From Octopus vulgaris (lineage: Eukaryota), in NCBI GenBank assembly GCA_951406725.2, contig OX597825.1:13082001-13146000 (forward strand): DNA of 64,000 nucleotides. The letters run 5' to 3'. Position 1 is the stretch's first letter; each line of letters starts with the position of its first letter. This document shows, in pieces, positions 12,916 through 25,035 of this stretch. The notes below the pieces were generated by a model. That model was given only the letters and a program-made list of their open reading frames with translations, did not search any database and was not told the origin of the DNA. The position numbers and the translations under genes are program-made.

Positions 12916-13992
12916 GTTGTGTGTATGTGTGTGCTTATTTATACGTATGTATTATATATGTATGTAAGTGCTTGTAGATATCACGTCCATGTTCTCACCT
13001 GAAGACGATATCACAATCTGCGTTTTTGCTTGCCCAGGGGCCTTTCTCACCAGTTCGTACTTACGTCTCTGAGGCTTTGAATTTATTTCAGCATCAAATA
13101 TGTCTTCTTCGGAGATTTCTATAAACATAATTCTCTCTGAATCCTGAGCGTGAAATGGGTTGACTTATGTCACAAACAATGATACATTGGCACAAAGAAA
13201 AGCTAAAACATCAGCTTCTACGTTTGAAGGATGTTAAAAAGGATAGCATAAATATGATTCTGTGCTTTGGACATGCAAAACTTCTTGGACGTGCAGAATT
13301 CTGGACATGCAGAATTACTTCTAAGCAATGTCATCGTGGCTCCATCAAGAGCTTGCCCTTAATTAATCAATGGCTAATCAAATATCTGGTAGAAGTTGGC
13401 TGAAGGCCAGAATCTGTATATACGATCATGAAGGTAAGATGTAGCGGCTCTGAATCACATTCGACATCAACAACCTGAAGAGAAAAGACCAGTAAAAATT
13501 AACAAATTCAGTAACAAAGAAAACACAATTTTCATAGCTTCAGAACCAATTTTAACCAAACATTCATTTCAAATATTGTAAGTTAAAGTCATGGACATTG
13601 AAAAATCAAAACAAAATCGATAAAGAAAGAAAACAAAAAAAGAAAACCTTGAGAACATCCTCCCCAATAAGGAAACGCCGAAGAAGGATTTACTTCCTTC
13701 GATTTACATGGAACTCTTAGAACTTCCAAAACATTTGGTCATGATTTATTTGCATACTTAATGATAAGAGTAAACAAGAATTTCCTACATTTAATTAGTA
13801 TTTATATGTAATTAAGAGATGAAAACTACACACTTATTAAATACAAAAATATAAAAAGGGAAAATACTTTCTAACTGTAATAGCTTATAACTTCAGATAG
13901 TCGTCACCATGTCTTCAAAATAACCTGTTTTTACTCAATTAAATATAGAACAATAGTCATTATGTGTGTGGGTATGTATAATATATTATACG

Positions 13993-14036
<44 letters not shown>

Positions 14037-14151
14037 TATGTATTTGTGAAAGACATAACAAGCATCTCAAGTCATATTGTTATTCTTAAATATATATGAA
14101 TTGAGATGCTTGCCTTGCCTTGGCGTTTGTAGTCCTCTTTCACAAATATGG

Positions 14152-14914
14152 CTTTCTACTCTAGGCACAAGGCCGGTAAGATTTGGGGACTAGCAAGTCG
14201 ATTATATCGACCCCCAGTACGCAACTGGTACTTAATTTATCGACCCCGAACGGATGAAAGGCAAAGTCGAACTCGGCGGAATTTGAACTTGGAACATAAA
14301 GACAGACGAAATACCTATTCCTTTACTACCCCCACAAGGGGCTAAACACAGAGAGGACAAACAAGGACAGACAAACGGATTTAGTTGATTATATCGTCCC
14401 TAGTGCGTAACTGGTACTTATTTAATCGACCCCGAAAGGATGAAAGGCAAAGTCGACCTCGGCGGAATTTGAACTTAGAACGTAAAGACAGACGAAACAC
14501 CTATTTCTTTACAACACCCACAAGGGGATAAACACAGAGAGGACAAACAAGGACAGACAAACGGATTAAGTCGATTATATCGTCCCTAGTGCGTAACTGG
14601 TACTTATTTAATCGACCCCGAAAGGATGAAAGGCAAAGTCGACCTCGGCGGAATTTGAACTTAGAACGTAAAGACAGACGAAATACCTATTTCTTTACTA
14701 CCCCCACAAGGGGCTAAACACAGAGAGGCCAATCAAGGACAGACAAACGGATTAAGTCGATTATATCGTCCCTAGTGCGTAACTGGTACTTATTTAATCG
14801 ACCCCGAAAGGATGAAAGGCAAAGTCGACCTCGGCGGAATTTGAACTCAGAACGTATCCGCAGACGAAATACCGCTAAGCATTTCGCCTGGCGTGCTAAC
14901 GTTTCTGCCAGCTC
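14152..14914 (-). mobile_element. SINE family B tetrameric array (one head, three type-1-tail bodies, one type-2-tail body)
   Basis: ~186-bp units with junctions gaaa(t/c)ac|ctatt at ~14314, ~14500 and ~14686. Single head at 14870-14914. Confidence 0.92.
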
Positions 14915-15317
14915 ACAGTCTTTCCTCTTTCACAAATATATATCCGCTGTATCGGAAACCTAAAATGGTTCCCTAGCTCCCGTCTCGGTTAAGATCATGG
15001 AGCCCTGATGACCCTGAGCACTTACCCGGCGGCGTACCTATTCGTTTAGATTACCAGTGAACTAAACGCCCATGTTCTATATATATGTAAATATATTCAC
15101 ATTTATATGTGTGTATATACATACGTAAATATATCCATACTTATGCGCATGTCTGCATATGTGCATGTTTGTATGCATGTATGTATGTATGAATGCATGT
15201 ATGTTCCCATGCATGTATGCCAATAAATTTAATGAAGAAGCTTTCCCATTGAAAGAAAATAAAAGGATATCGTCAGGGAAAAATATAATTTCGTAAGCAT
15301 GAATTCAGAAATACATA

Positions 15318-15490
15318 GGCGCAGGAGCGGCTGTGTGGTAAGAAGCTTGCTTACCAGCCACATGGTTCTGGGTTCAGTCACGCTGCATGGCACCATGGGC
15401 AAGTGTCTTCTAATATAGCCACGGGATGACCAAAGCGTTGTGAGTGGATGTGGTTGACGGAAGCTGAAAGCCGCCTATCGTGTATATATA
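15318..15490 (+). mobile_element. SINE family A 5' half
   Basis: ggcgcaggagcggctgtgtggtaag...; interrupted at its central (TA)n. Confidence 0.85.
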
Positions 15491-15495
15491 TATTT

Positions 15496-15729
15496 GAAGG
15501 TGGTGAGCTGGCAGACACGTTAGCGCGCCGGGGGAAATGCTTAACGGTATTTCGTCTGTCGCTACGTTCTAAGTTCAAATTCCGCCGTGGACGACTTTGT
15601 TTTTCATCCTTTCGGGGTCGATAAATAAAGTACTAGTTTCGCACTGGGGTCGATGTAATCGATTTAATCCCTTTGTCTGTCCTTGTTTGTCCCCTCTATG
15701 TTTAACCTCTTGTGGGTAGTAAAGAAATA
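15496..15729 (+). mobile_element. SINE family B monomer inserted in the central microsatellite of a SINE A
   Basis: Full head, body and type-1 tail (ttgtgggtagtaaagaaata), with (TA)n on both sides. Confidence 0.9.
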
Positions 15730-16112
15730 TATATATATATATATTTGTAAATGTAATATGTAACAATTATTCGGTAGCCATGATTAAACTCCGAGTTTCG
15801 GATGCCGAGGTGGAAATCCACGCCGCCATCGCTACAGTAATCCGGCCATCGGAATAGTACTATTAAAAATGACCGTTTTACAAAAGGAAATTACTCTATG
15901 ATTGACCGTTATTAAGACAAAAGAGCAATTTGAATGACCGCTAAGTGAGTGAAGGGAGTAAAAGTAAGGGGGTAAAAAAGTACATAGTATTCGCGTAAGC
16001 ACGCATGTTCATACGTACACATGCGCGCACGCACAACCACGTGCATGCGCCTGAAAGTATACACTCATCCACCCCCATTTGAAACGTACACATTCTCACC
16101 CGCACCATTCGC

Positions 16113-16156
<44 letters not shown>

Positions 16157-17278
16157 AACCTACACACACACACACACACATGCACCATAAAGGTTCATAC
16201 GCACGTCTATATACGCACATACCCATATGCATGCACACACACACGCCTACATACACCCATACTCGCACATATACGCACATGTATATATATAGAGAGAGAC
16301 GTGTGCAGATAATGAATTTGTACTCTACCAAATGTTTTGACAAATTAAATTTAATATAAAGTTGTTTTTTTATCAACATGAAAACAAATATTTGAAAATA
16401 TATATACTTATATGTGTGTGTGCCTCTGTGTGTGTGTGTATATGGATATATTTTTGTATATATGTATGTCAATGTATATATATGTGTGTGGCGGAGTGCA
16501 TAAAAGAGAAGAGTAAAACTGATACAGTTAATTATTGATATCATCAGTAAATGATTGATCTCAGGTCGATTTATCTGATTGGTTGCTTCATTCGATATTG
16601 TGTATAGGTGAATATATATATAACCATATAAAGCAAAGATAAGAATGACAGAGCGAAAACAGAAATGAAGAAAATCAGAAGACGGTGCTAGACAAATAAA
16701 TAAATAAATTGATTATTGAGTAAATCGATAAGCTGATGGCGGTAATCATGAATCATAAGGAAGATCGAAACGAAAGGAATTTACCGCAATATTTAATGGA
16801 ATATTCTTGAAAAATTCGAGAACTGATCATCGTTTGAGGTTAGTTTAACCTATGAGACATCATCAATGCACACACAGACATTAACACCCATACATAAATA
16901 TAAATAATAAAAACTATTTTACATTAAACTGAAGGATGACTCAGTGTATTCGGTAGAGAGAGCAAATTTATTCTTCTTTAACAAGAATAGTACTGACAGT
17001 GATTTTGACGTTTCGGCCAGTTAGTCCATCATCAGATTGTAAAGTTCATGTTGGCTCTATATAATCTCTGTCTCTCTCTCTCTCTCTCTCTGTATATATA
17101 TATATATAATAAAATATTAGGGAATAAATCCAAACTTACAGGGAAAAATCAGATTTAGGACTGAATCCAATTTTATAGTAAAATATTAATATCAATTAAT
17201 ATAAATTAATTAATTTTATGTATTTGCTTAAGTTTGTCATTGTTTGATTTGCCTAATAGTGGTTTTATCTCAAATTTA

Positions 17279-17330
<52 letters not shown>

Positions 17331-17335
<5 letters not shown>

Positions 17336-17560
17336 AGAAATTCCAACTCTGCCTGTTTTTTATGTTTTATTTATATTCTTTATAATATTGATGTAGAATA
17401 TAGAATATATAGTATAAATAATACATATATATAGTAAAATGAAATGAAGTATTGATTGTCTTATTGAATAGATGAAATGTTCAATATAAAATATTAAGGG
17501 ACTAGTATACTTTCTTTCATGCGTTATAGCAGTCTTCAAGGTCCCAGGTTGTGACAGGGG
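17331..17560 (-). mobile_element. AT-rich short element in (TA)n carrying a variant hammerhead-like motif, copy 1
   Basis: Highly similar to 56381-56625. Minus strand 17498-17545 reads gggac-CUUGAAGA-cugc(uauaac)gcau-GAAAGAAA-GUAUAC-UA-guccc. Confidence 0.65.
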
Positions 17561-17572
17561 TATATATATATA

Positions 17573-17892
17573 TGATGGCCGTCCACTCGTGATCGAAGAA
17601 GACCCTTGATGACCACCAGGAACATTGTTCGTTCTGCGGCTAACTAACATTTGGCATTTGTGGTACCGCTGGTGGCTACAGAGCCCTGCTCTTCAACATA
17701 CACGACTAAAAACCTTGTAAGCCAAGCTTTCCCCATTCACTTCACTACACCAGCAGAGTGCTTTCGAGCAGCACGCTTAAGTTCTTCATGAAGAATACGT
17801 TCTCTCTAAAAAGTGTCGGCTCCGTCCTTTACCTGCTTCCTCCATCTGTGGCGATGAGAGGCAATGGTTTCCCAGGCAGTCTCCTGCATATC
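17573..17892 (-). mobile_element. RTE (BovB-like) LINE 3' end, 5'-truncated
   Basis: Minus strand gives AWETIASHRHRWRKQVKDGADTF*RERILHEELKRAARK, followed by an RTE-type 3' UTR tcttcttcgatcacgagtggacggcc. Confidence 0.7.
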
Positions 17893-17945
17893 ACAAGCTT
17901 ATACACACACACATATATACATATATTCATATATGTAGATGTATA

Positions 17946-18232
17946 TCAATATTCAAGGGCCCACAGCTTTTTAATATTCTCCCAAAGAATCTGAGGAACT
18001 TGCACAAAGTAGATGTAGCGGTTTTTAAATCAAAGCTGAACATCTTCCTGTCAAGAGTCCCAGATGAACCTACCTCACGGCAAGAGGTGCAAATGAGAGT
18101 AGCTGTATCAAACTCCATTCTTCACCAAGTGCCACATATTGGATGAGGTTCGTCGCAATAACAGTGTATCACAAAACGGCGGTGCATCAGCATGGCCGCA
18201 GCTCTGAGCTGAAACTAGAATTTAAAAAAAAT
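17946..18232 (+). mobile_element. CR1-group LINE 3' end, 5'-truncated
   Basis: [40 protein letters not shown]...SNSILHQ is a typical CR1-type ORF2 terminus. Short 3' UTR with a hairpin. Confidence 0.8.
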
Positions 18233-18279
18233 ATATATACATATACATATATATATACATATATATACATATATATATG

Positions 18280-18320
<41 letters not shown>

Positions 18321-18379
18321 TTCGGAATGGTCATATTGCCAGTTTAGCCAATAAAAACACACGCACTATATATTTAAAC

Positions 18380-18411
<32 letters not shown>

Positions 18412-18590
18412 GTAGATATATACATGTATGTATGTATGTAAGTATGTATGCATATGTGAGTATTATGAAAATTAATATCTCTTTCATCATTTTGAATCAA
18501 TAACGTATGTTTGTCATATTCTCTGATGTTAACTAGTGACAAAATTATACTTCTGAAGTTTACCTGTTAAACGTCGAGAAAAACTATGGA

Positions 18591-18660
<70 letters not shown>

Positions 18661-18670
<10 letters not shown>

Positions 18671-18838
18671 TCCCCCTAGCATTGCTTGACAACCGTCACT
18701 TAGCGGTTCGGCAAAAGAGACCGATAGATTAAGTACTGGGCTTACAAAAATAAGTCCTGGGGTCGATTTGCTCGACTAAAGGTGGTGCTCCAGCATGGCC
18801 GCAGTCAAATGACTGAAACAAGTAAAAGAGTAAAGAGT
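18661..18838 (+). mobile_element. SINE family A 3' half
   Basis: tgtttgtccccctagcattgcttgacaaccg...gactgaaacaagtaaaagag. Confidence 0.9.
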
Positions 18839-18852
18839 ATATATATATATAT

Positions 18853-18940
18853 TCTTTCATTCTTTTACTTGTTTCAGTCATTTTGACTGCGGCAACCCTC
18901 CAGTGCCGCTTCTAGTCGAGCAAATCGCCCCCAGGACTTA
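18853..18940 (-). mobile_element. SINE family A 3' end, tail-to-tail with the previous copy
   Basis: cttttacttgtttcagtcattttgactgcggc...gagcaaatcgcccccaggactta. Confidence 0.8.
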
Positions 18941-18947
18941 AATTATT

Positions 18948-19082
18948 TTCTTTTCTACTCTAAGCACTGGGCCCGAAATTTGGGGGGAGTGGGTCAGTTG
19001 ATTAGATCGACTCCAGTAAGCGACTGGTACTTAATTTATCGACCCCGAAAGAATGAAAGACAAAGTCGATCTCGGAGGAATA
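18948..19082 (-). mobile_element. SINE family B 3' part (type-2 tail)
   Basis: ttttctactcta...ggcccgaaatttggggg...ctggtacttaatttatcgaccccgaaagaatgaaag. Confidence 0.8.
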
Positions 19083-21477
19083 TTTCTCTGAATATTAATG
19101 CGCTACTGATAGAGATGTTCCCGGATATACGTGACAGCACTGCCACAGTGCTGTCACAGAATCAATGATTTTACAGGCTGCATTTTATTTAGCGTGAAAT
19201 TAATAACAGACTGACCATCAAGGGGTATTGATTTTGCTGATGTAAAGAAATAAGTTAATGGTTATATAATGTTGCACGTTGTTAATGTCAATGAGTTAAA
19301 ACGTCTCATAAAACTTTAATAAGGAGACTTAAGCAAACGCGATCTGAAAATTGTTTGCTCCAATAGACCAGAACTAGCTACCCTACCTGTCATTGCTTCG
19401 GTTGTTAACAACATCCTTATTGACTGATTGAAGGGATGGACACAATACATCTCAACACCAATTGACCGCGACAAATAGAAAAGATATTGCAGAAAAAATG
19501 ACACTGAATGTTGCATTTAAATTTTATAATAAATAATGCAATTGCGTGAAGGCTGTAGCCATTGCTGACGTCATAGCATGAAACGTAACCAACTTCTTCA
19601 CGGTATGTTAGAGTCCGGTGGAAGTTTAAGCCAGTCAATCGTTATCTGATACAGACATCTTTACCTTTAGTAATGTATTCTCGTTTGACGATGACATAAA
19701 TATTAATATTAATACTAACCAACAAGACAACATCTAGAGCAGAGAGAAATATATTATTGAAAAGATCCGGCAAATAGCAAGACCCAGCCTCCAAAGCAAC
19801 AACATCTCCTTCGGTTATCCGGCAAAACATCCTCAACAAGAGATTATCTGTTCTAGGTAAGGAAATATGGATGGAAAATAGAAGAAGCAGGAAAGAAATC
19901 TTCTATTTGTATTGCTATAAGAACTATAAAATCTCTGCTGTATTAGTAATTACGAAAATAAACATCTTGATAGCTGCTCTATCTAGTTCATGAAATATTA
20001 ATCTGGAACTTGTTGTTGTTAAGCAACAAGACGGGTAAGGGTGATTAGGTGATGGTCTAGGGCTTAGGGGCGGGAGACCCCAGACCTTGGAAAAAAATCT
20101 TTGGTCGTCTTGTAGTTGACGGCTCTTCGTTGACGCCCGACACCACTGGGAGGTGGCCCTCGAAGTCGCTGGAAATAGAGATCTCCAGGTCCAAATTCTT
20201 CGACAGCATCTGGAACTGATAAAGCATGTGCTGAATTTCGTCCACTGCATGCCATCTTCATTTTTCGGATAAAATCAACACGACTGGATCAGAATATATA
20301 TATAGGTGAACTAGAAAAACTTGCAAACATCGTCAACAACAATGCATATAATGGAGTGTGCTTTATGTACTGATATACATTCTGGAACAGTTTAGAAAAA
20401 AAGGAAAAAGTTGGACAATTAAATTTTTGGTGTGGCGAAACCAGATTCCTGGGCATTATGTTTGTTGATGCTACACCCAGAAGTGAATTTACTTTCAAAT
20501 ATTTTTTTTTAGCGAAGCACTCTAAGTTACAAAATTAAATTTCAAAATCAATTTATAGAAAAGCAGCAAGGTCCATAAATTCATCATTATGTAAGTCAGA
20601 GTGGTTTCATAAAATACCTTGCGCTTACACCAAATGCAGCGTGGGAAAAATTAAACCACAGATAATTAGAAAAACTAGACGTTATTAAACCAAATGACGT
20701 GCATGAAAAAGCAATGCAGGGACATCGCCACATAAAGGCGCGTCGGCTCGTAGTGTGAGTGAAGGATTGCAGAGCACTGGCGAGAACGTAATGGGAAGCA
20801 AATATCTGTACTCTATCCAGAAACAGAATGGATTCAACAGAAAATATTTTCTGACAAGCAAAAGATCCAACACTGAAGCACGGACGTGGTACAAGTACAA
20901 AACTTACTCCCCCATACACACACACGCGCGATATAAAGAACCAATGGTATAACAAAGTCCCTTAGCAACAACCCATCACTATAGTAATAGAAGCATAAGT
21001 ATATGGTAAGACTAAAATCGATTAAAGTCAACAACTATAGACACACATACATATATACGCCTAAAAGCACACATACACAAGCATGCTGTAATGTCGGCAT
21101 CGACAAAAGGCAATAAATGATCAAATATGAAATTATCACTAATCTTATACAACATCACCAGCTCACACTTTTGCACTGGAGGTTATAACATAACAGAGGA
21201 AAATCAATTTAAAATCTAAATCATTTGAAATTATATTCTCATTGAGAAAAGCCACAGAAGTGGTGATGCTAAAATAATATTGGTGGGTAAAAGAAACAAT
21301 GTGTACAAACAACTGGTGGATGGGCTTGGAGTTAGTCTTTCATATTTTGTCTCTTCCAAAATAGGGTAATTTTGACACACAAGTCTAGCAATTCTGAGGG
21401 AAGAGGTGATACGATTACATCGACTCCGGTGTCCAACGTGCAAATGATTCTGCCAGTCGCCGCCTTAACAATAATAA

Positions 21478-22693
21478 CCTTTTCTACTATAGTCACAAGG
21501 TCTGAAATTTGCAAGGAGGGAACTAGTCGATTACATCAACCCCAGGGTGTAAATAGTGCATATTTCATCGACTCCGAAAGGATAAAACGCAATGTCGACC
21601 GACGCGGAATTTGAACTCAGAACGCAGAGACAACGAACTGCTGGAAACCAGTTTGCCCAGCGTGCTAACGATACTGCCAAATTGTTGCCTACATAACAAT
21701 AATGACTTTTTCTACTCTAGGCGCAAGCACCTACATTTTGGGAGAGGGGTCCAGTCGATTAGATCGACCCCGGTACACAGCTGGTCCTTAATTTATCGAC
21801 ACTGAAAAAATGAAAGGCAAAGTCGACCTCGGCGGAACTTGAACTCCAAACGTAAAGAAAGAAGGAATACCTATTTCTTTACTACCCACACAGGGAGGAC
21901 AAACAAGGTCAGACAAACGGATTAAGTCGATAAGATCGGCTCCAGTGCGTAACTGGTACTTATTTAATCGACCCCGAAAGGATGAAAGGCAAAGTCGACC
22001 TCGACGAAATTTGAACTCAGAACGTAACGGCAGACGAAATACCGCTCAGCATTTTGCCCGACGTGCTAACGTTTCTGCCAGCTCGCCGCCTTTCATAACA
22101 ATAATAACCTATTCTTCTCTAGGCACAAGGCCCGAAATTTTGGGCGGGTGAGACAGTCGATTAGGTCGACCCTAGTACGCAAGTGATACTTAATTTAACG
22201 ACCCTGAAATAATAAAAGGCAAAGTCGACCTCGGCGGAATTTGAACTCAGAACGTAGCGGTAGACGAAATACCTATTTATTTACTACCCACAAGGGGCTA
22301 AACACAGAAAAGACAAACAATGACAAACAAATGGATTAAGTCGATTATATCGAGCCCAGTGCGTAACTGGTACTTATTTAATCGACCCCGAAAGGATGAA
22401 AGGCAAAGTCGACCTTGGCGGAATTTGAACTCAGAACGTAAAGACAGACGAAATACCTATTTCTTTACTACCCACAAGGGGCTAAAAACATAGAGGGGAC
22501 AAACAAGGACAGACATAGGTATTAAGTCGTAAACATTGACCCCAGTGCGTAACTGGTACTTAATTTAACGACCCCGAAAGAATGAAAGGCAAAGTCGACG
22601 TCGGCGGAATTTGAACTCAGAACGTAACGGCAGACGAAATACGGCTATGCATTTCGCCCGGTGTGCTAACGTCTCTGTCAGCTCACCACCTTT
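21478..22693 (-). mobile_element. Cluster of three head-to-tail SINE B insertions (monomer 21478-21690, dimer 21707-22093, trimer 22110-22693)
   Basis: Three heads and six bodies. Blocks are separated by copies of taacaataa(t/c)-like spacer (taacaataataac). Confidence 0.9.
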
Positions 22694-23135
22694 CATAACA
22701 TTAATAACGACATCTACAGCGATTACGTCAATAACGGCAACAAAGTCAGAATAATAACAGCAACGATAGATAATGAACCCTTGATCAAATATTCATTCAC
22801 GCTTGTCATATATATTTCTTTACTATATTCGTTCACGCTTGTCATTTAACAAACATTCACGCACGAAGACACATAAACACACAGCTTGACACGCACACAT
22901 TTAAGATTCCGCTTACTCATATACAAATGGTATTCTTAACACACGCAAAAATCCATACGCAAACGCGCTCACACGCAACACTTTATGGATAGAGAGAGAG
23001 AATGTGTGTGAGACAGTCGTACACATGCATTTGCGTATATGAACAGATATAATCGGTCAAATAAATTTAGGTTATTCTGTATAGTTGTATTTTGAGATAT
23101 ACATGTGTACGTGCATACATATACCTCTATATCTA

Positions 23136-23189
<54 letters not shown>

Positions 23190-23252
23190 CTTATCTACCT
23201 ATCTATCTCTCTCTCTCTCTCTCTCTGTATATATATATATATATATATGTAA

Positions 23253-23328
<76 letters not shown>

Positions 23329-23430
23329 GTATATATATATACATACACATATGTATATGTGCTTATATGCGTACATATATACATGCATACATACACCCAG
23401 ACTTATATACACCTTTATATTTATATTCTG

Positions 23431-23474
<44 letters not shown>

Positions 23475-23508
23475 GTATACATGTTGGCTTGCTGCTTTCT
23501 CTCATACA

Positions 23509-23572
<64 letters not shown>

Positions 23573-24485
23573 TGTATTTTGATGATTCGCAATGCAGTAT
23601 CTGTAAAATTCGGGTAATTTTTTATTAAAAAAAAAAAAATAGGAACGCATCCAGAAAATTGTCCATTGTCATTTTATCACTAATGATCACGTGATTTTAT
23701 TTTTGTAATTTTCAAATGCATTTTGGTTCCACTCTTATTTCCATTTTCTTTTACTTTCACCAAAATCGTATGACTTCGTTTCTATTTTTACTAGAATTTG
23801 CATGCGTTGAACGATACTTCTTTATAATTTTTTTCTTTGAATTTTTTTTTCTTCTTTTTTTTTTTTTATTATTATATTTCTTCGCTTCAAGTAATTTGAT
23901 TATGTAAGGTTTCTCTCCCATTTCATACTTGAATAACTCTTACTGAAGGATATTAACATTTGACAAATTTCAACGGAAAAAAAAAATATAGTTCCTGAGT
24001 TTCATGATGAAATTTATAGTTTCAGAACTATCTGTCAAAATGTAGCTGAAATAAAGATATTTTATATTACATTCCATTCATCTCTTCATACATAGACTAC
24101 TTTATCACCATATCACCACCTCTGTAATTTCAGAATATTCCATGGATGACTTTTTCTTAAATTTAGTATTTTTGATATTTTATTAGTTTTCGGTTAATAC
24201 TCTCCGCTTTTTACTCTTCACTCATAGACACAGTTTCCTTTCTGCCTTGCTACTTTGCTCCATATTTAGCTTTTATCATTTTTGTTCGTACTTATTCCAG
24301 ACTGCTGACTCTCTCTCATATCACCTCTCACTTTTTCTTTTTCTTTCTATATTTCTCTTCATTCATTCCCCCCTCTCTCTCTATCTCTCTATTTGCCCCC
24401 CCTCTCCCTCTCTCTCTTTCTCTTTCTTTCTTTCTGACCATTCTCTATTAATTTCATTATCTCACTTGAGCAATCATTTATTTTG

Positions 24486-24787
24486 TGGAGGCACATGGCT
24501 TAGTGGTTAGAGTTGCGGTCTCGCGGTCGAGGGATCGCGGGTTCGAGTCTCAGACAGGGCGATGAGCTTGTTAATGAGCAAAAACACCTAAGCTCCACGC
24601 GGCTCCGGCAGAAGGTAATGGCGAACTTCTGCCGACACTTTCACCACAACCTTCTGTCACTCTTTCTTCCTGCATCTAGCAGCCCACCTGCGACGGACCG
24701 GCGTCCCATCCAGGTAGGGAACCTATACGCCAAGGAAACCGGGAAACCGACCCTTATGAGCCAGGCATGACTCGAGAAGGAAACAAA
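24486..24787 (+). mobile_element. SINE family C (tRNA head) with TSD
   Basis: tggcttagtggttag A box and ggttcgagtc B box. tttattttgtg occurs on both sides. Confidence 0.9.
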
Positions 24788-25035
24788 TCCTTTATTTTGT
24801 GTCTCTCTACAATGCAAATAACAAAACTAATTTCTCTCTCACGTTTTCATATCAAGACAAAAGACATATTTTGAAAATGTTAAATTCTTCACTCTTCGAA
24901 GTAACTGAATCTATGAAACACTTCCATGAACTTTCTCTCTAAACATGAAGGCAAAATCCGCAATCAGAATCGGTACTACAAGAAAAAATGGAAGGACTAC
25001 TTATGTAAATTCTAATTACACATTTAAACGGGTTA

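Noticed and set aside
13008-13165. Possible minus-strand host exon (…EISEEDIFDAEINSKPQR…, with GTAAGT and GTGAGA donor-like sites)
   Set aside because: Only ~55 open codons, no recognisable homology and no supporting neighbouring exons. RNA-seq would be needed.
14152-14914. CRISPR-like regular array
   Set aside because: Units are ~186-bp SINE bodies without unique spacers, the context is eukaryotic, and there are no cas genes.
19400-20950. Non-repetitive stretch with short ORFs that may be decayed LINE sequence
   Set aside because: No diagnostic endonuclease, RT or gag motif could be read with confidence.
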